The notes under the pieces were generated by a model. The model saw nothing but the letters and a program-made list of their open reading frames with translations, did no database searches and was not told the origin of the DNA. Position numbers and translations under genes: made by a program. Shown in pieces: positions 1 to 12,110 of a stretch of DNA of 64,000 nt (positions are counted from its first letter, which is position 1; each line of letters begins with the position of its first letter). Origin of the DNA: an uncultured Verrucomicrobiae bacterium (GTDB lineage: Bacteria; Verrucomicrobiota; Verrucomicrobiia; Limisphaerales; Palsa-1400); NCBI GenBank assembly GCA_963702845.1, contig OY969763.1, positions 832,001 to 896,000 of the forward strand, read 5' to 3'.

Positions 1-158
1 GTGAGCTGAATGCCGCTGCCTTTACGTTCAAACGTCAACCGATCGCAGATTGGGATCGGGTGCATGAGCGTTTCGAGCTCATGAAAGCCGTCGGGGCGCT
101 TGCCCAAAAGATTGAGCAAGAAGTTGACCTTGCAGGGGGACTGTTTTTCGAGTGCCAA
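1..158 (-). CDS. ispE: 4-diphosphocytidyl-2-C-methyl-D-erythritol kinase, 5' part (runs off window start)
   Basis: Manual minus-strand translation (L)ALEKQSPCKVNFLLNLLGKRPDGFHELETLMHPIPICDRL matches the IspE N-terminal PxKVNL..L.I.G.R.DG.HEL.T motif; TTG start at 158 or 161. Confidence 0.88.
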   Translation of the reverse strand, partial: MALEKQSPCKVNFLLNLLGKRPDGFHELETLMHPIPICDRLTFERKGSGIQL

Positions 159-181
159 CAAGGTGCGGAGTTTCCGCTGAA

Positions 182-634
182 TCAATTATCGAAAATACGG
201 AACCGGCTGCCAGGAACAAATGGCACTATGTCGCCGCCGCCGAAGCCGAGGGCTGCGTCAGGTTGGACAAATTCATCGGCAATCCAGCGCGGACGATAGC
301 TGTCGGGATAAACCGGCCATTCAGGACGATAGATCGGGCCGTAGTCTTTGGTGCACCAATCGTTCGGGAAAGGAGCGGTGGCCATTTCGTAGATGCCGAC
401 GCCAGTGCGGGCGACGCTACGGTTGAAGCCGTGGAAAAATCCAGCGGTATAACCGGCTTCGGGGTTTTTCAGGACGACGGTTTGTTCCATCGAGCGGCGA
501 ATTTCGCCCAAGCGGGTGAATTCAGTGACATTGGCGACGCCGCGACCAAATTTTCTTTCGGTTCCGGGAACAGAGCAACCCACGGCAAGAAAAGCGATTG
601 CGAAAACAGACAGGAGGACTTTCATACTTGGCAT
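182..634 (-). CDS. Exosortase system-associated lipoprotein, TIGR04073-like
   Basis: Lipobox LAVGC; ERKFGRGVANVTE...RTGVGIYEMATAPFP signature; start may be 634 or 625. Confidence 0.7.
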   Translation of the reverse strand: MPSMKVLLSVFAIAFLAVGCSVPGTERKFGRGVANVTEFTRLGEIRRSMEQTVVLKNPEAGYTAGFFHGFNRSVARTGVGIYEMATAPFPNDWCTKDYGPIYRPEWPVYPDSYRPRWIADEFVQPDAALGFGGGDIVPFVPGSRFRIFDN

Positions 635-757
635 ATGTATCTTTGACAAATCTGACACGTCGCGGTGATTTGTCGAGACTTTTTGCGAAACGAATCAAGA
701 ACAGACGGACACCGATAAACACAGATAACTTGCTCGGACGCGCCGCTCTGTTATTGA

Positions 758-1321
758 TTGGCCGTGCCTGGCAAGAAAGCAATTTTTCTGGACCGAGACG
801 GGACGATTATCGTTGAAAGGGACTACCTGAAACGACCCGAAGATGTCGCCGTATTTCCCGGCGCGGGCAAGGCCTTGCGGTGGTTGGCCGATGCCGGTTT
901 TGCCTTGATTATGGTGTCCAATCAATCCGGCGTGGGCCGCGGCTATTTCACCATGGCGGACGTCGAGGCGGTGAATGCGCGTTTGCTCGAGCTGTTGTCA
1001 GCAGAAGGCGCCAGATTTCAGAAGATATATATAGCACCAGAAGCGCCCGAGCAGCCGAGTCATGGGAGAAAACCATCGCCGGCATTTCTTTTTGATGCGC
1101 GGGACGAGTTCGGGATCGATTTGTTCCAAAGCTATATGGTCGGCGACAAAGAGATCGATTTGCAGTGCGGCTGGAACGCGGGTCTCAAAAAAAGCATTTT
1201 GGTTCGCACCGGGTATGGTAAACAAACAGAAGCAGCCGGGAAGGTTGGCGCGGGGATTGCAGTGGATGACTTGGCCGCTGCTGCCGATTGGATTTTGTCA
1301 GAATGCCGCATAGCCAAATAA
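758..1321 (+). CDS. gmhB: D-glycero-D-manno-heptose 1,7-bisphosphate phosphatase (HAD IIIA)
   Basis: FLDRDGTI, VSNQSGVGRGY, RKP and MVGDK motifs. Confidence 0.85.
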   Translation: MAVPGKKAIFLDRDGTIIVERDYLKRPEDVAVFPGAGKALRWLADAGFALIMVSNQSGVGRGYFTMADVEAVNARLLELLSAEGARFQKIYIAPEAPEQPSHGRKPSPAFLFDARDEFGIDLFQSYMVGDKEIDLQCGWNAGLKKSILVRTGYGKQTEAAGKVGAGIAVDDLAAAADWILSECRIAK

Positions 1322-1334
1322 CTGAACTCAAAGA

Positions 1335-2123
1335 ATGAAAAAAATTATAATTCGACTCGTCCTCGCGGTCGCCGTCCTGCTGGTGTTGGTGTTGATCGTC
1401 GGCTGGATTTTCCTCGGCTCGATTGTCACAAAAGGCGTGAACACCGTTGGCCCAACCGTTACCAAGACAGACGTCCGGCTTGGCAGTGCGAATGTTTCAA
1501 TTTTATCCGGGAGCGCAACGTTAAAAAATCTGTTCGTTGGCAACCCCGAAGGCTACACCACGCCGTCGGCCATCAAAGCGGACAAAATCGCGGTTTCGCT
1601 CCAACCGATGTCCATCTTCGGTGACAAAATCGTAGTGAAGAGCGTCAATGTGCAGGCGCCGGATATCACTGTGGAAGGCGGCATCACCAAAAACAACCTG
1701 ACGAAGATCCTTGATAACACACAGGGCAGCGCCGATCAGGCTGAGGCAAAGAAAAACGAACCGAAAAGCGAAAAGAAAACCCCGACCGATAAGGCATCGC
1801 GGAAGATTGAAGTGGATGAGTTCGTCATCAGCGGGGCGAAGGTTCATTACAACGGCGGCGCGCTCACTGGTGGTAAAACGGTCACGGTTCCAATTCCTGA
1901 TATTCACCTGAGCAATCTCGGGACTGGTCCGGACGGAATAACTGCGGCGGATCTGACCAAACGCGTGATGGATGCCGTGGTTGCCTCGATCGGACCGGCC
2001 CTTACTAGCGCGGCTGGAAATGTGGGCAAGGAAGCGACTGGAATTCTGAAGGATGTTGGCAGCAAAGGCACATCTGGACTGACGAACGTGACCAAAGGCC
2101 TCAAAGGACTTTTCGGAAAGTAG
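1335..2123 (+). CDS. AsmA/DUF748-like membrane-anchored protein
   Basis: N-terminal TM anchor followed by beta-rich LFVGNPEGY...IVVKSVNVQAPDI segment. Confidence 0.55.
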   Translation: MKKIIIRLVLAVAVLLVLVLIVGWIFLGSIVTKGVNTVGPTVTKTDVRLGSANVSILSGSATLKNLFVGNPEGYTTPSAIKADKIAVSLQPMSIFGDKIVVKSVNVQAPDITVEGGITKNNLTKILDNTQGSADQAEAKKNEPKSEKKTPTDKASRKIEVDEFVISGAKVHYNGGALTGGKTVTVPIPDIHLSNLGTGPDGITAADLTKRVMDAVVASIGPALTSAAGNVGKEATGILKDVGSKGTSGLTNVTKGLKGLFGK

Positions 2124-2124
2124 G

Positions 2125-4463
<2,339 letters not shown>

Positions 4464-5733
4464 ATGGGTTACAGCGAAGCCATTCAGTTTTTATACTCGT
4501 TGCGACGGTTTGGGGCGAAGCTTGGGTTGGATAACACACTCGCTCTCGCGGGCCTTTTCGGGAATCCGCAGAACAGATTCGAGGTTCATCCACGTCGCCG
4601 GCACCAACGGAAAGGGTTCAACCTGCGCCATGTTGGAATCAATCTACAGGGCAGCAGGTTTGAAGGTCGGACTGTTTACTTCCCCGCATCTGGTCTCGTT
4701 CCGCGAGCGTATTCAAGTAAACCGCGAGATGATTCATGAGAATGAGGTGGCGGTGCTTGTCGACGATTTAAAATTTCAGATTAAGAAACTCAAAACGCAT
4801 CCGACATTTTTTGAGGTGGTCACGGTCATGGCGTTGCGATATTTCGCCACCAAAAAGTGCGACATCGTCATCTGGGAGACAGGGCTTGGTGGACGGTTGG
4901 ACTCGACAAACATTGTCACTCCCATGGCGAGTGTTATCACCAACGTGCAACTCGATCATCAACAATGGCTCGGTAACACCATCCCGGAAATCGCGCGAGA
5001 GAAGGCTGGGATTATCAAGCCTGGCGTGCCGTGTTTTACCGCGGCAGAAGACGAAGCCGCGTTGCAAACAATTGCTCAGGTCGCTGCGCGCAATAACTCG
5101 GCCTTTTGGACGGTGTCGCAGAGCGAAGCGGAGAAAATCCGAAAACTGGGAATTCCGCTTCTTGGTGAGCATCAGCTCTTGAATGCCGCATTAGCCGCTG
5201 CGGTGGTGCGGTTGCTTGGCAATCAAATTTCTGTTTCTGAGCAGGCGATCGCCGACGGATTAAAACAGACGAAGTGGCCGGGGCGCTTTCAGGTGGTACA
5301 ACGAGGGGAGCAAACAATCGTGCTGGATGGCGCCCACAATCCTGCGGGAGCAGCGACTCTCGCCCAGGCGCTCAAACAGCATTTTTCGGGTGCAGAACTG
5401 ACCTTGGTTCTTGGCGCGATGGAAGACAAGGACGTCCGCTCGATTTGCGCAATCCTTGCTCCGTTGGCAAAAAAAATTGTCGTCACCAGAGTTGGAAGCG
5501 AGCGTGCTGCGAATCCGGTTGCGTTGTTTGATTGTTGCCAAAAATCGAACACGACAGCCGACGTAAAATCGACAGACAGCCTTGCTGCAGCTCTGAATTT
5601 GACGCAGCAGGACAAAGTTGTCGTCGTGACCGGTTCGTTGCATTTCATCGGTGAAGCTTTGGAATTACTCCGCCTGAGCGATGCTCCGTCAGAACGCGAG
5701 CTGAACGAATATATGCCCGCGCCGCAGCGATGA
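4464..5733 (+). CDS. folC: Folylpolyglutamate synthase/dihydrofolate synthase, apparent one-base insertion near 4580
   Basis: N-terminus (..KLGLDNT..GNPQNR) is in the ORF 4464 frame; IHVAGTNGKGST, ETGLGGRLDSTN and LDGAHNP are in the ORF 4510 frame; removing one base from AGATTCGAGG restores R-L-R-F-I-H-V. Confidence 0.9.
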
Positions 5734-6383
5734 TTTTTGGCCGTGACATTCGAGCGATGACATTCGATGTCGGCGGAACTTTGATTGAACCATATCCGAG
5801 CGTCGGCCACGTGTATTCAGAAGTGGCCGCTCGCCACGGTGTCTACGTTGAGCCTGATGTGTTGAACGCCCGTTTCGCCGCCGCCTGGAAAGCCAGGAAA
5901 GACTTTGGTCACAGCATGCGCGACTGGTCCAACCTCGTTGACGTCACATTTTCCGGTCTGGCCGAACCGAGCCGCACCTTCTTCCCCGATCTGTACGCGG
6001 CTTTCATCAAATCAGCAGTATGGCACATTTTCGACGACGTCCTGCCAACGCTAGAACACTTGCAGAAAAACGGCATGAGACTCGCAGTCATTTCCAATTG
6101 GGACGAACGCCTCCGCCCTTTGCTCGCGGCGTTGGACTTGGCCCGCTTTTTTGAAGCGACCATCGTCTCGATCGAGGTCGGGATGGCAAAGCCCGACAGG
6201 AAAATATTCGAAGCCGCCAGCCAGCAATTGCAGTTGGCCCCTTCGCAAATCCTCCACATCGGCGACAGCCAAAACGAAGATTTAACAGGGGCTCGACAAG
6301 CCGGCTTCAACGCTATCCTCATCGAGCGAGGTCAGTCACCCGTTCCCGGTGAACAGGTCTCATCCCTGCTTCAAGTGATCTGA
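5730..6383 (+). CDS. HAD-IA family hydrolase
   Basis: FDVGGTL, ISNWD, KPD, HIGDS..D. Confidence 0.85.
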   Translation: MIFGRDIRAMTFDVGGTLIEPYPSVGHVYSEVAARHGVYVEPDVLNARFAAAWKARKDFGHSMRDWSNLVDVTFSGLAEPSRTFFPDLYAAFIKSAVWHIFDDVLPTLEHLQKNGMRLAVISNWDERLRPLLAALDLARFFEATIVSIEVGMAKPDRKIFEAASQQLQLAPSQILHIGDSQNEDLTGARQAGFNAILIERGQSPVPGEQVSSLLQVI

Positions 6384-6402
6384 TTGCTTCTCGCAGGGCT
6401 GC

Positions 6403-6630
6403 TTAATGTGAATGAGGCTTGCCGGTGCCACACATCCCGCAAGAACGCGGTTTACCAGAGCAGGACGGCGCGGCAGCTTCGGCGGGGACGCTCGATGCGA
6501 ACACCGATAGTTTTTTGGAAAGCTTTTTCGAGCCACATTTCGGGCAGGGCGTTCCTTCCCATTTACTGGAGCGAACCAGGATTTCACTATCAACACCGCA
6601 CTTTTCGCAATGAAACTCGTAGATAGGCAT
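6403..6630 (-). CDS. FmdB-family zinc ribbon protein
   Basis: MPIYEFHCEKCG...CPKCGS. Confidence 0.85.
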   Translation of the reverse strand: MPIYEFHCEKCGVDSEILVRSSKWEGTPCPKCGSKKLSKKLSVFASSVPAEAAAPSCSGKPRSCGMCGTGKPHSH

Positions 6631-6691
6631 AAATCAAAACCTGGGTTGATGGTATGCCCGCAGCTCCTGTAGTGCGAGAAAATTGGACGGC

Positions 6692-7249
6692 TCAATCTTC
6701 GCTAAAACCGCGGCCAATTAAAAGTTGTCGTGCCTTATCCGCTGCGCCGGCAAGCGTCAATCCGTTATTCGTCGCGTCGATCGTGTCCGCTTTGTCGTAG
6801 ACAATGGCACCGCGATAATCGAACGAATACGCGCCGGCAAGCCCTGATGGAACATAGGCATCAGAGCCGCCGACAATAAACGTCAATGGGCTCGAGATCG
6901 GCTGCGAACCGCCGACGTTCAGCCAATTATTGACGCCTCTCGCGTTGAGGCCTTCGCCAGCGCCGGCTTTGATCTGAAGAACGGTTCTAAAACCACTGCT
7001 CGAATATTGAACTGTCGAAATTTTGTGGTCCGGTTGTTCCACCTTGAACCGTTTGCTTTTGACGTCAGCAGAAATAAACATCAGGTCGCCTGTTGAACTA
7101 TCGACCAAAGTAAACCCGGTGAAATTGCGAACCATGGCCCGTCCGCCGCCGGTGACGGTCACGGAGAGAGTCTGTTTATAAAACAGAATGGTGGCATTTG
7201 CGCAGTGTGCGAACCCGAGGCACAGCAGCAGAAAAAACATCCTTTTCAT
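6692..7249 (-). CDS. Secreted hypothetical protein
   Basis: Signal peptide MKRMFFLLLCLGFAHCANA; no recognised domain. Confidence 0.6.
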   Translation of the reverse strand: MKRMFFLLLCLGFAHCANATILFYKQTLSVTVTGGGRAMVRNFTGFTLVDSSTGDLMFISADVKSKRFKVEQPDHKISTVQYSSSGFRTVLQIKAGAGEGLNARGVNNWLNVGGSQPISSPLTFIVGGSDAYVPSGLAGAYSFDYRGAIVYDKADTIDATNNGLTLAGAADKARQLLIGRGFSED

Positions 7250-7394
7250 ACAATTTGATTTACTCAAACGCCAACAAAAGCGTCCATCGGGCCAGTTACG
7301 CGTAACACGGTAAATCGTTTTGCCAACATCTCATCCGCGTTTTCACCGTGCGGCCATAGTTGAAAACTCCGGCGGCATCTGTTCTGATGACTAC

Positions 7395-8156
7395 GTGCAA
7401 AAGGCTGACCTGTTCAAAATTGTTGAGCACTGCGATAAAACATTTCGCGCGGATACTTTCACCGATTACGACGGCGCGGTGAATGGCTTACAGGTAGAGA
7501 ATTCCGGTGTAGTGAGCAGGATTGCGGCGACGGTTGATGCTTCTTTGGCGACGGTCCGGATGGCCGTTGAAGCCGGTGCAGATTTACTCATCGTGCATCA
7601 TGGGCTGTTTTGGTCTCCGACCGTTCCATGGACAGGCCGGCGCTATGAACTGCTCGATTTGTTAATCAGCAATAATGTCGCTGTTTACAGCATGCACCTG
7701 CCGTTGGACGCGCACCGCACGCTTGGAAACAACGCGTTACTTTGTTCCACCCTGGGCTTCAAAAATCTGAAGCCGTTCTTTTTCGAAAAAGAACAGTTTC
7801 TCGGCTATCGCACCGACACGAAGATTTCCCGGAAGGAACTTTCTCAAAAGCTCACTAAAGCTTTGGGACGCGCTCCGATACTGTTGCCCGGCGGCAACGA
7901 GCGTTGTGAGCGCATTGGGGTGGTGACCGGTGGCGCGGGAGGCCAGTTAAAAAAAGCTGCAGCCGAAGGTGTGGACACCTTCATTACTGGTGAAGGCCCG
8001 CACTGGACTTATGCCCTCGCGGAAGAGTTGCGCATCAACGTGTTTTATGGCGGACACTACGCGACTGAAACTTTTGGCGTCAAAGCATTGGCCGCAGAGC
8101 TCGCGAAGAAATTCCGGTTGTCGTGGTCCTTTCTCGATCATCCCACGGGTCTATAA
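7395..8156 (+). CDS. Nif3-like dinuclear metal center protein (DUF34/YbgI)
   Basis: NGLQVE, LIVHHGLFW, HLPLDAH..LGNN, GHYATETFG; GTG start inferred. Confidence 0.9.
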   Translation: MQKADLFKIVEHCDKTFRADTFTDYDGAVNGLQVENSGVVSRIAATVDASLATVRMAVEAGADLLIVHHGLFWSPTVPWTGRRYELLDLLISNNVAVYSMHLPLDAHRTLGNNALLCSTLGFKNLKPFFFEKEQFLGYRTDTKISRKELSQKLTKALGRAPILLPGGNERCERIGVVTGGAGGQLKKAAAEGVDTFITGEGPHWTYALAEELRINVFYGGHYATETFGVKALAAELAKKFRLSWSFLDHPTGL

Positions 8157-8328
8157 CGCCTGTTTGAGAGCTCCCTCCGGATCGACGGCAAAACGTCACA
8201 CAACCGTCAGTTGCAAAAATCCCCGATGGCAGTATCAGATTATTGATGTTGATAAAAAAGGACGGCCACCTTATTGCGCGATGAGGCAGGCGTTCTTTAT
8301 AGTTGGCCGCTGACTTTGAGAGGACGCT

Positions 8329-8586
8329 ATGAGTAAACAAACGAAAACTTTTACAGAACCCACCGATCACGAAATCGCTGCATACGCTTACAAACTCTGG
8401 GAGGCTGAAGGCCGTCCCGCAGGACACGATCTTGACCATTGGTTGCAAGCCAAAGCGCACCTGACCGCCGACCGCCAATACGAAGCTGGCGTGCTTGGCT
8501 CGCCGACGGCGAGCCGTGAAGCGGAGGCCAAGAAAAAGCGGACGCAGAATGGCCGCTCGACGCCGCGCCAACCGGCTTACGCGTAA
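8329..8586 (+). CDS. DUF2934 domain protein
   Basis: EIAAYAYKLWEAEGRPAGHDLDHWLQA; GAGG RBS upstream. Confidence 0.85.
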   Translation: MSKQTKTFTEPTDHEIAAYAYKLWEAEGRPAGHDLDHWLQAKAHLTADRQYEAGVLGSPTASREAEAKKKRTQNGRSTPRQPAYA

Positions 8587-8606
8587 ACGCGACCTTTGAC
8601 TCGATC

Positions 8607-8635
8607 AAAAAGCGCGCCTGCTGGTGCGCTTTTTT
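8607..8635. terminator. Bidirectional intrinsic terminator
   Basis: AAAAAGCGCGCC-TGCT-GGTGCGCTTTTTT between the convergent DUF2934 and lpxA genes. Confidence 0.75.
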
Positions 8636-8690
8636 ATTGTCGCCAGCATCCGGGGTTCATGACCGCTTTAAGGGTTGCGGCTCGACTCAG

Positions 8691-9458
8691 CTATTTGCTG
8701 ATGCCGCGCTCGCTCTTGCGAATGAAATCGACGAGGTGCTTCAATTCGGGCAGTGGCGGCAATTCTGATTCGATTTTCGCCAACGCGTTTGAATTCGTTA
8801 GTCCATCGCGAAACAGCATCTTATAAGCATGTTTCAAACATACCTGTGCTTCTTCCGAAACGCCGTTCCGTTCCATCCCGATTTTGTTAACCGTGCGCGT
8901 TTCGGCAGGGTTGCCGTCGGCTAGCATAAAAGGAGGCACGTCCTGGACGACTTTTGAGCAGCCGCCAATGATTGCCATTTTCCCAAGCCGACAAAATTGA
9001 TGCACTGCGGCGAGACCGCCGATGATGACGTAGTCTTCAACGATGATGTGCCCGGCGAGGGTGGCGACGTTCGACATCACAACATGATTTCCGAGGGTGA
9101 CGTTGTGGGCGATATGGCAGTAGGCGAGGATGTGGTTGTTGGAACCGACTCTGGTTACTTCACCATCGCCCGTCGCGCTGTTCACCGTCACGTATTCGCG
9201 AAACGTATTGTTGTCACCGATCTGTGTGCGGGTGATGCCGCCTTTCCATTTCAAATCCTGCGTTTTGAACCCGATACTCGCGAACGGAAAAATTTCATTA
9301 TTCTCGCCCAGCGTCGTGTGCCCGTCCATGACCACATGCGAGTGCAGCTTGCAGTTTTTTCCGAGAACGACGTTCTCGCCAATAACGCAGTAAGGCCCGA
9401 TGGAACAGCCGGGCCCAATCTTTGCATCAGGATGAATTACTGCTGTGGGAGCGATCAT
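8691..9458 (-). CDS. lpxA: Acyl-ACP--UDP-N-acetylglucosamine O-acyltransferase
   Basis: Hexapeptide repeats, QDLK, HIAHNV, LAGHI, VHQFCRLG, DVPPF. Confidence 0.96.
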   Translation of the reverse strand: MIAPTAVIHPDAKIGPGCSIGPYCVIGENVVLGKNCKLHSHVVMDGHTTLGENNEIFPFASIGFKTQDLKWKGGITRTQIGDNNTFREYVTVNSATGDGEVTRVGSNNHILAYCHIAHNVTLGNHVVMSNVATLAGHIIVEDYVIIGGLAAVHQFCRLGKMAIIGGCSKVVQDVPPFMLADGNPAETRTVNKIGMERNGVSEEAQVCLKHAYKMLFRDGLTNSNALAKIESELPPLPELKHLVDFIRKSERGISK

Positions 9459-9892
9459 GGGAACATTGCGGATTGCGGATTGCGAATTACGGATTGCGTT
9501 TTCGTTCCGACAGCAGCCCGCGTATTTTGCACGGCACTTTTCAATCGCAATTTTGTTGTGTTAATCGAAGCAGTTGTCATTGCCAGTATCTCGCCTGCTT
9601 CCTTGCGTAAATTTGCAGCTGATTTTAGATTCACCTGTCCCGATTCAACCAACAGTTCAATCCAATACATCGATTCGTCTGATTCTTCTTCAACATCACC
9701 CATTTTTGATATGAAGTGTGTGGGCGACTTGGCCCGAAAAGTGGCCCGGTAATTAGCTCCGACGGACGTTCCGCTACGTAGCAATTGATTTCCAATGACG
9801 CGCGACACTTTGGTGTCGGTCAGAACTTGAGTGAAGCTGATAATCTTCAAAGCAAACGCTTTTGTCCGGCGCTTGAAATCATCAGAGTTCAT
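9455..9892 (-). CDS. Four-helix-bundle protein (TIGR02436 / 23S rRNA intervening-sequence protein family)
   Basis: FKRRTKAFALKII, QLLRSGTSVGANYRA..RAKS...FISK...VEEESDES.YWIELL; ATG at 9892. Confidence 0.92.
   Translation of the reverse strand: MNSDDFKRRTKAFALKIISFTQVLTDTKVSRVIGNQLLRSGTSVGANYRATFRAKSPTHFISKMGDVEEESDESMYWIELLVESGQVNLKSAANLRKEAGEILAMTTASINTTKLRLKSAVQNTRAAVGTKTQSVIRNPQSAMFP
9465..9498. repeat. Heptamer tandem tract (ATTGCGG)x~5, arm at the 3' end of the four-helix-bundle gene
   Basis: attgcgg attgcgg attgcga attacgg attgcg. Confidence 0.9.
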
Positions 9893-9906
9893 AAAGCTGA
9901 GTTCAA

Positions 9907-9938
9907 AATTCGCAATCCGAAATCTGCAATTCGCAATC
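9907..9938. repeat. Heptamer tandem tract (AATCCGC-like)x~4.5, inverted arm just upstream of the four-helix-bundle gene
   Basis: aattcgc aatccga aatctgc aattcgc aatc; imperfectly reverse-complementary to 9465-9498. Confidence 0.9.
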
Positions 9939-11292
9939 AACGATCGATTAGCATGAACGTCACTTCGGCTTCGCTGACTGCTTCGCCGTCGACCAAACAT
10001 TTACCTTTTGCTTTGCCGATTTTGCCGCGTGACTTGGTCAGTTCGACGTCGATGACCAGACTGTCACCGGGCCGGACTGGCTTGCGCCATTTTACATCTT
10101 CGGCCGCCATAAAGTAAGCGAGTTTGCCGAAATTTTCTGCCTGTTTCAGCATCAGGATTCCCGCGACCTGCGCGATGGCCTCGAGTTGGAGCACGCCCGG
10201 CATGATCGGATGATTCGGGAAATGGCCCTGAAAATAGGGTTCGTTGGCGGTGACGTTTTTGACGCCGACGATCCGGTTGCCTTCGATCTTCGTGACTTTG
10301 TCCACCATCAGGAACGGATAGCGATGGGGAAGGATTTTCATCAACTGCGTGATATCCAGCACGGCGCCATCTTGAATGAGGGGCGCTTCATCAGCAGATT
10401 TCGCGGCGACAGGCTTTTGCGGCGGTGGTGGCGGTGCGAAGGTCTGAGCTTTTTCCAGCGGCTTGCGCATCTGCGCGATGATCTGTTTTGCGAGTTCGCA
10501 ATTGGCGCTGTGGCCCGGGCGGACGGCAATGATGTGTCCACGAATCGGGCAGCCAACCAATGAAAGGTCGCCGATGATATCGAGCATTTTGTGCCGAACA
10601 AATTCGTCCGGGTAACGCAATGGTTCGGTGGTAAGGATGGCGTCGTCGCGAATGACCACTGCATTTTCAAGGCTGCCACCTTTAATCAGACCGTTCTTGA
10701 TGAGAAACTCGATTTCTTCGAAGAAACAAAATGTGCGTGCGTGCGAGAGTTCGCGCTCCCAACTTTCGGGCGTGATCTCGAGGCTGTAAAACTGAGTGAA
10801 GCGCGATTTTTTGTCGGCGCTGGTACACGTGATTTTTAGGCCGTCGTGTGGGAAAACCGAAATGGTAGCGTCGCCGGATTCCAACATGATCGGTTCTTTG
10901 ATGCCAAAACTTTCGCGCGGCTCGCTTTGGGCCTGGATGCCGGCGGTCTCCAACATCTTCATGTATTGCCGCGCGCTGCCATCGCCGATAGGCGGTTCGT
11001 TGGCATCGATTTCGACGATCGCATTATCAACTCCGCGTCCGGCGAATGCAGCGAGGACGTGTTCGACGGTGTGAATCTTCGCGTTGCCTTTGGAAAGGGA
11101 TGTCGAGCGATTGGTGGTGCTAACGTAATCGACCTTTGCTTCGATCTCGGGTTTGCCTTCCAGATCGACACGGCGGAAACGGATGCCGGTGTTGGGCGGC
11201 GCGGGCAAAAACGTCATATTGACGCGATTACCACTGTGCAGGCCGATGCCGGAGAAACTCGCTGGTTGACGCAGAGTTTGTTGATGTAACAC
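9937..11292 (-). CDS. lpxC/fabZ: Bifunctional UDP-3-O-acyl-GlcNAc deacetylase / 3-hydroxyacyl-ACP dehydratase
   Basis: QQTL..GIGLHSG, TVEHVLAA, HKMLDIIGDL, then LPHRYPFLMVD, FQGHFP..PIMPGVL; GTG start at 11292. Confidence 0.96.
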   Translation of the reverse strand: MLHQQTLRQPASFSGIGLHSGNRVNMTFLPAPPNTGIRFRRVDLEGKPEIEAKVDYVSTTNRSTSLSKGNAKIHTVEHVLAAFAGRGVDNAIVEIDANEPPIGDGSARQYMKMLETAGIQAQSEPRESFGIKEPIMLESGDATISVFPHDGLKITCTSADKKSRFTQFYSLEITPESWERELSHARTFCFFEEIEFLIKNGLIKGGSLENAVVIRDDAILTTEPLRYPDEFVRHKMLDIIGDLSLVGCPIRGHIIAVRPGHSANCELAKQIIAQMRKPLEKAQTFAPPPPPQKPVAAKSADEAPLIQDGAVLDITQLMKILPHRYPFLMVDKVTKIEGNRIVGVKNVTANEPYFQGHFPNHPIMPGVLQLEAIAQVAGILMLKQAENFGKLAYFMAAEDVKWRKPVRPGDSLVIDVELTKSRGKIGKAKGKCLVDGEAVSEAEVTFMLIDR

Positions 11293-11371
11293 GCGAGAAT
11301 AAAACAGTGCAGGGCTAGCTTTGGCAAGCGGCGAAACCGGCCGCACGGTAACGCAAAAAAAGTCGCGGGAA

Positions 11372-11770
11372 TGTTGCTACTAGTTGCTACAATTAGCTAC
11401 TAACGGCAACTGGTAGCGATTTTGTAGCTACTTTCACTCATCTTAAAAGCGGCCCGCGCGGAGCGACGGCCCTACCAGAGCCCCTTCGGATTTTGCGGAG
11501 TCTTACGGAATTTTGCGGAAAGATGCGTTATTTCGCAGTGAAAACGCGGTGTTTTTTGGTGTCTGCCATCGGCGTATGCGCCTCATCCACAGGGGGCAAC
11601 GCATGAACCAAGCTCTTTTTGAGGGGGTGGGTCTTTTTTAACCGCAACTATCCGTAACTCTCCGAAACTCGTTTTGAATTCGAAAACACAAGTTCCGAAT
11701 TAATAACGAATTAGCGCAATCCGCCCAAACTGGACACAAATGAAAACATTTGGACCAATTTAGCGACAAC
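11372..11770. repeat. Non-coding array of 10-bp-period triplet modules
   Basis: T(T/A)GCTAC at 11374/11384/11394; CGGA at 11487/11496/11506/11516; CCGnAACT at 11642/11652/11662. Confidence 0.75.
11449..11476. repeat. GTAG-family REP-like palindrome
   Basis: GCGGCCCGCGCGGAGCGACGGCCCTACC; related copies at 45911-45940 and 46575-46603. Confidence 0.7.
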
Positions 11771-12110
11771 CAAACTCAACCCTGATCGACAGATATTTGT
11801 CTGCATTTCAAAGAGCTTCCGCCTTCGCGCAAGGCTACGGCGCGACTGTGCCGCCTTCTGACGGGCGGCCGGGACATGCATCCATCCAGTAAGAGGAGCA
11901 GGCCCACGCCGACGCTTTGGTCGGCATTGAATGTTGTAGTGTGAAGGGGCTTACTTTGCAAGTATGAAGGGCTTGCCGATAAGCTCTTAGGTCAGGCTGT
12001 GGTAGTTGTCCTGATGAGCACTGACATGGATGTCTGATGGTAATGCATGAAGACCGAGTCGATATAAACGAAGTGCGAAAAGAACAGGTCCAAAATGAAA
12101 GGCAGTTAAA

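Noticed and set aside
9455..9892. Possible diversity-generating retroelement because of the Avd-like fold
   Set aside because: No reverse transcriptase in the window and no repeat pair differing specifically at adenines
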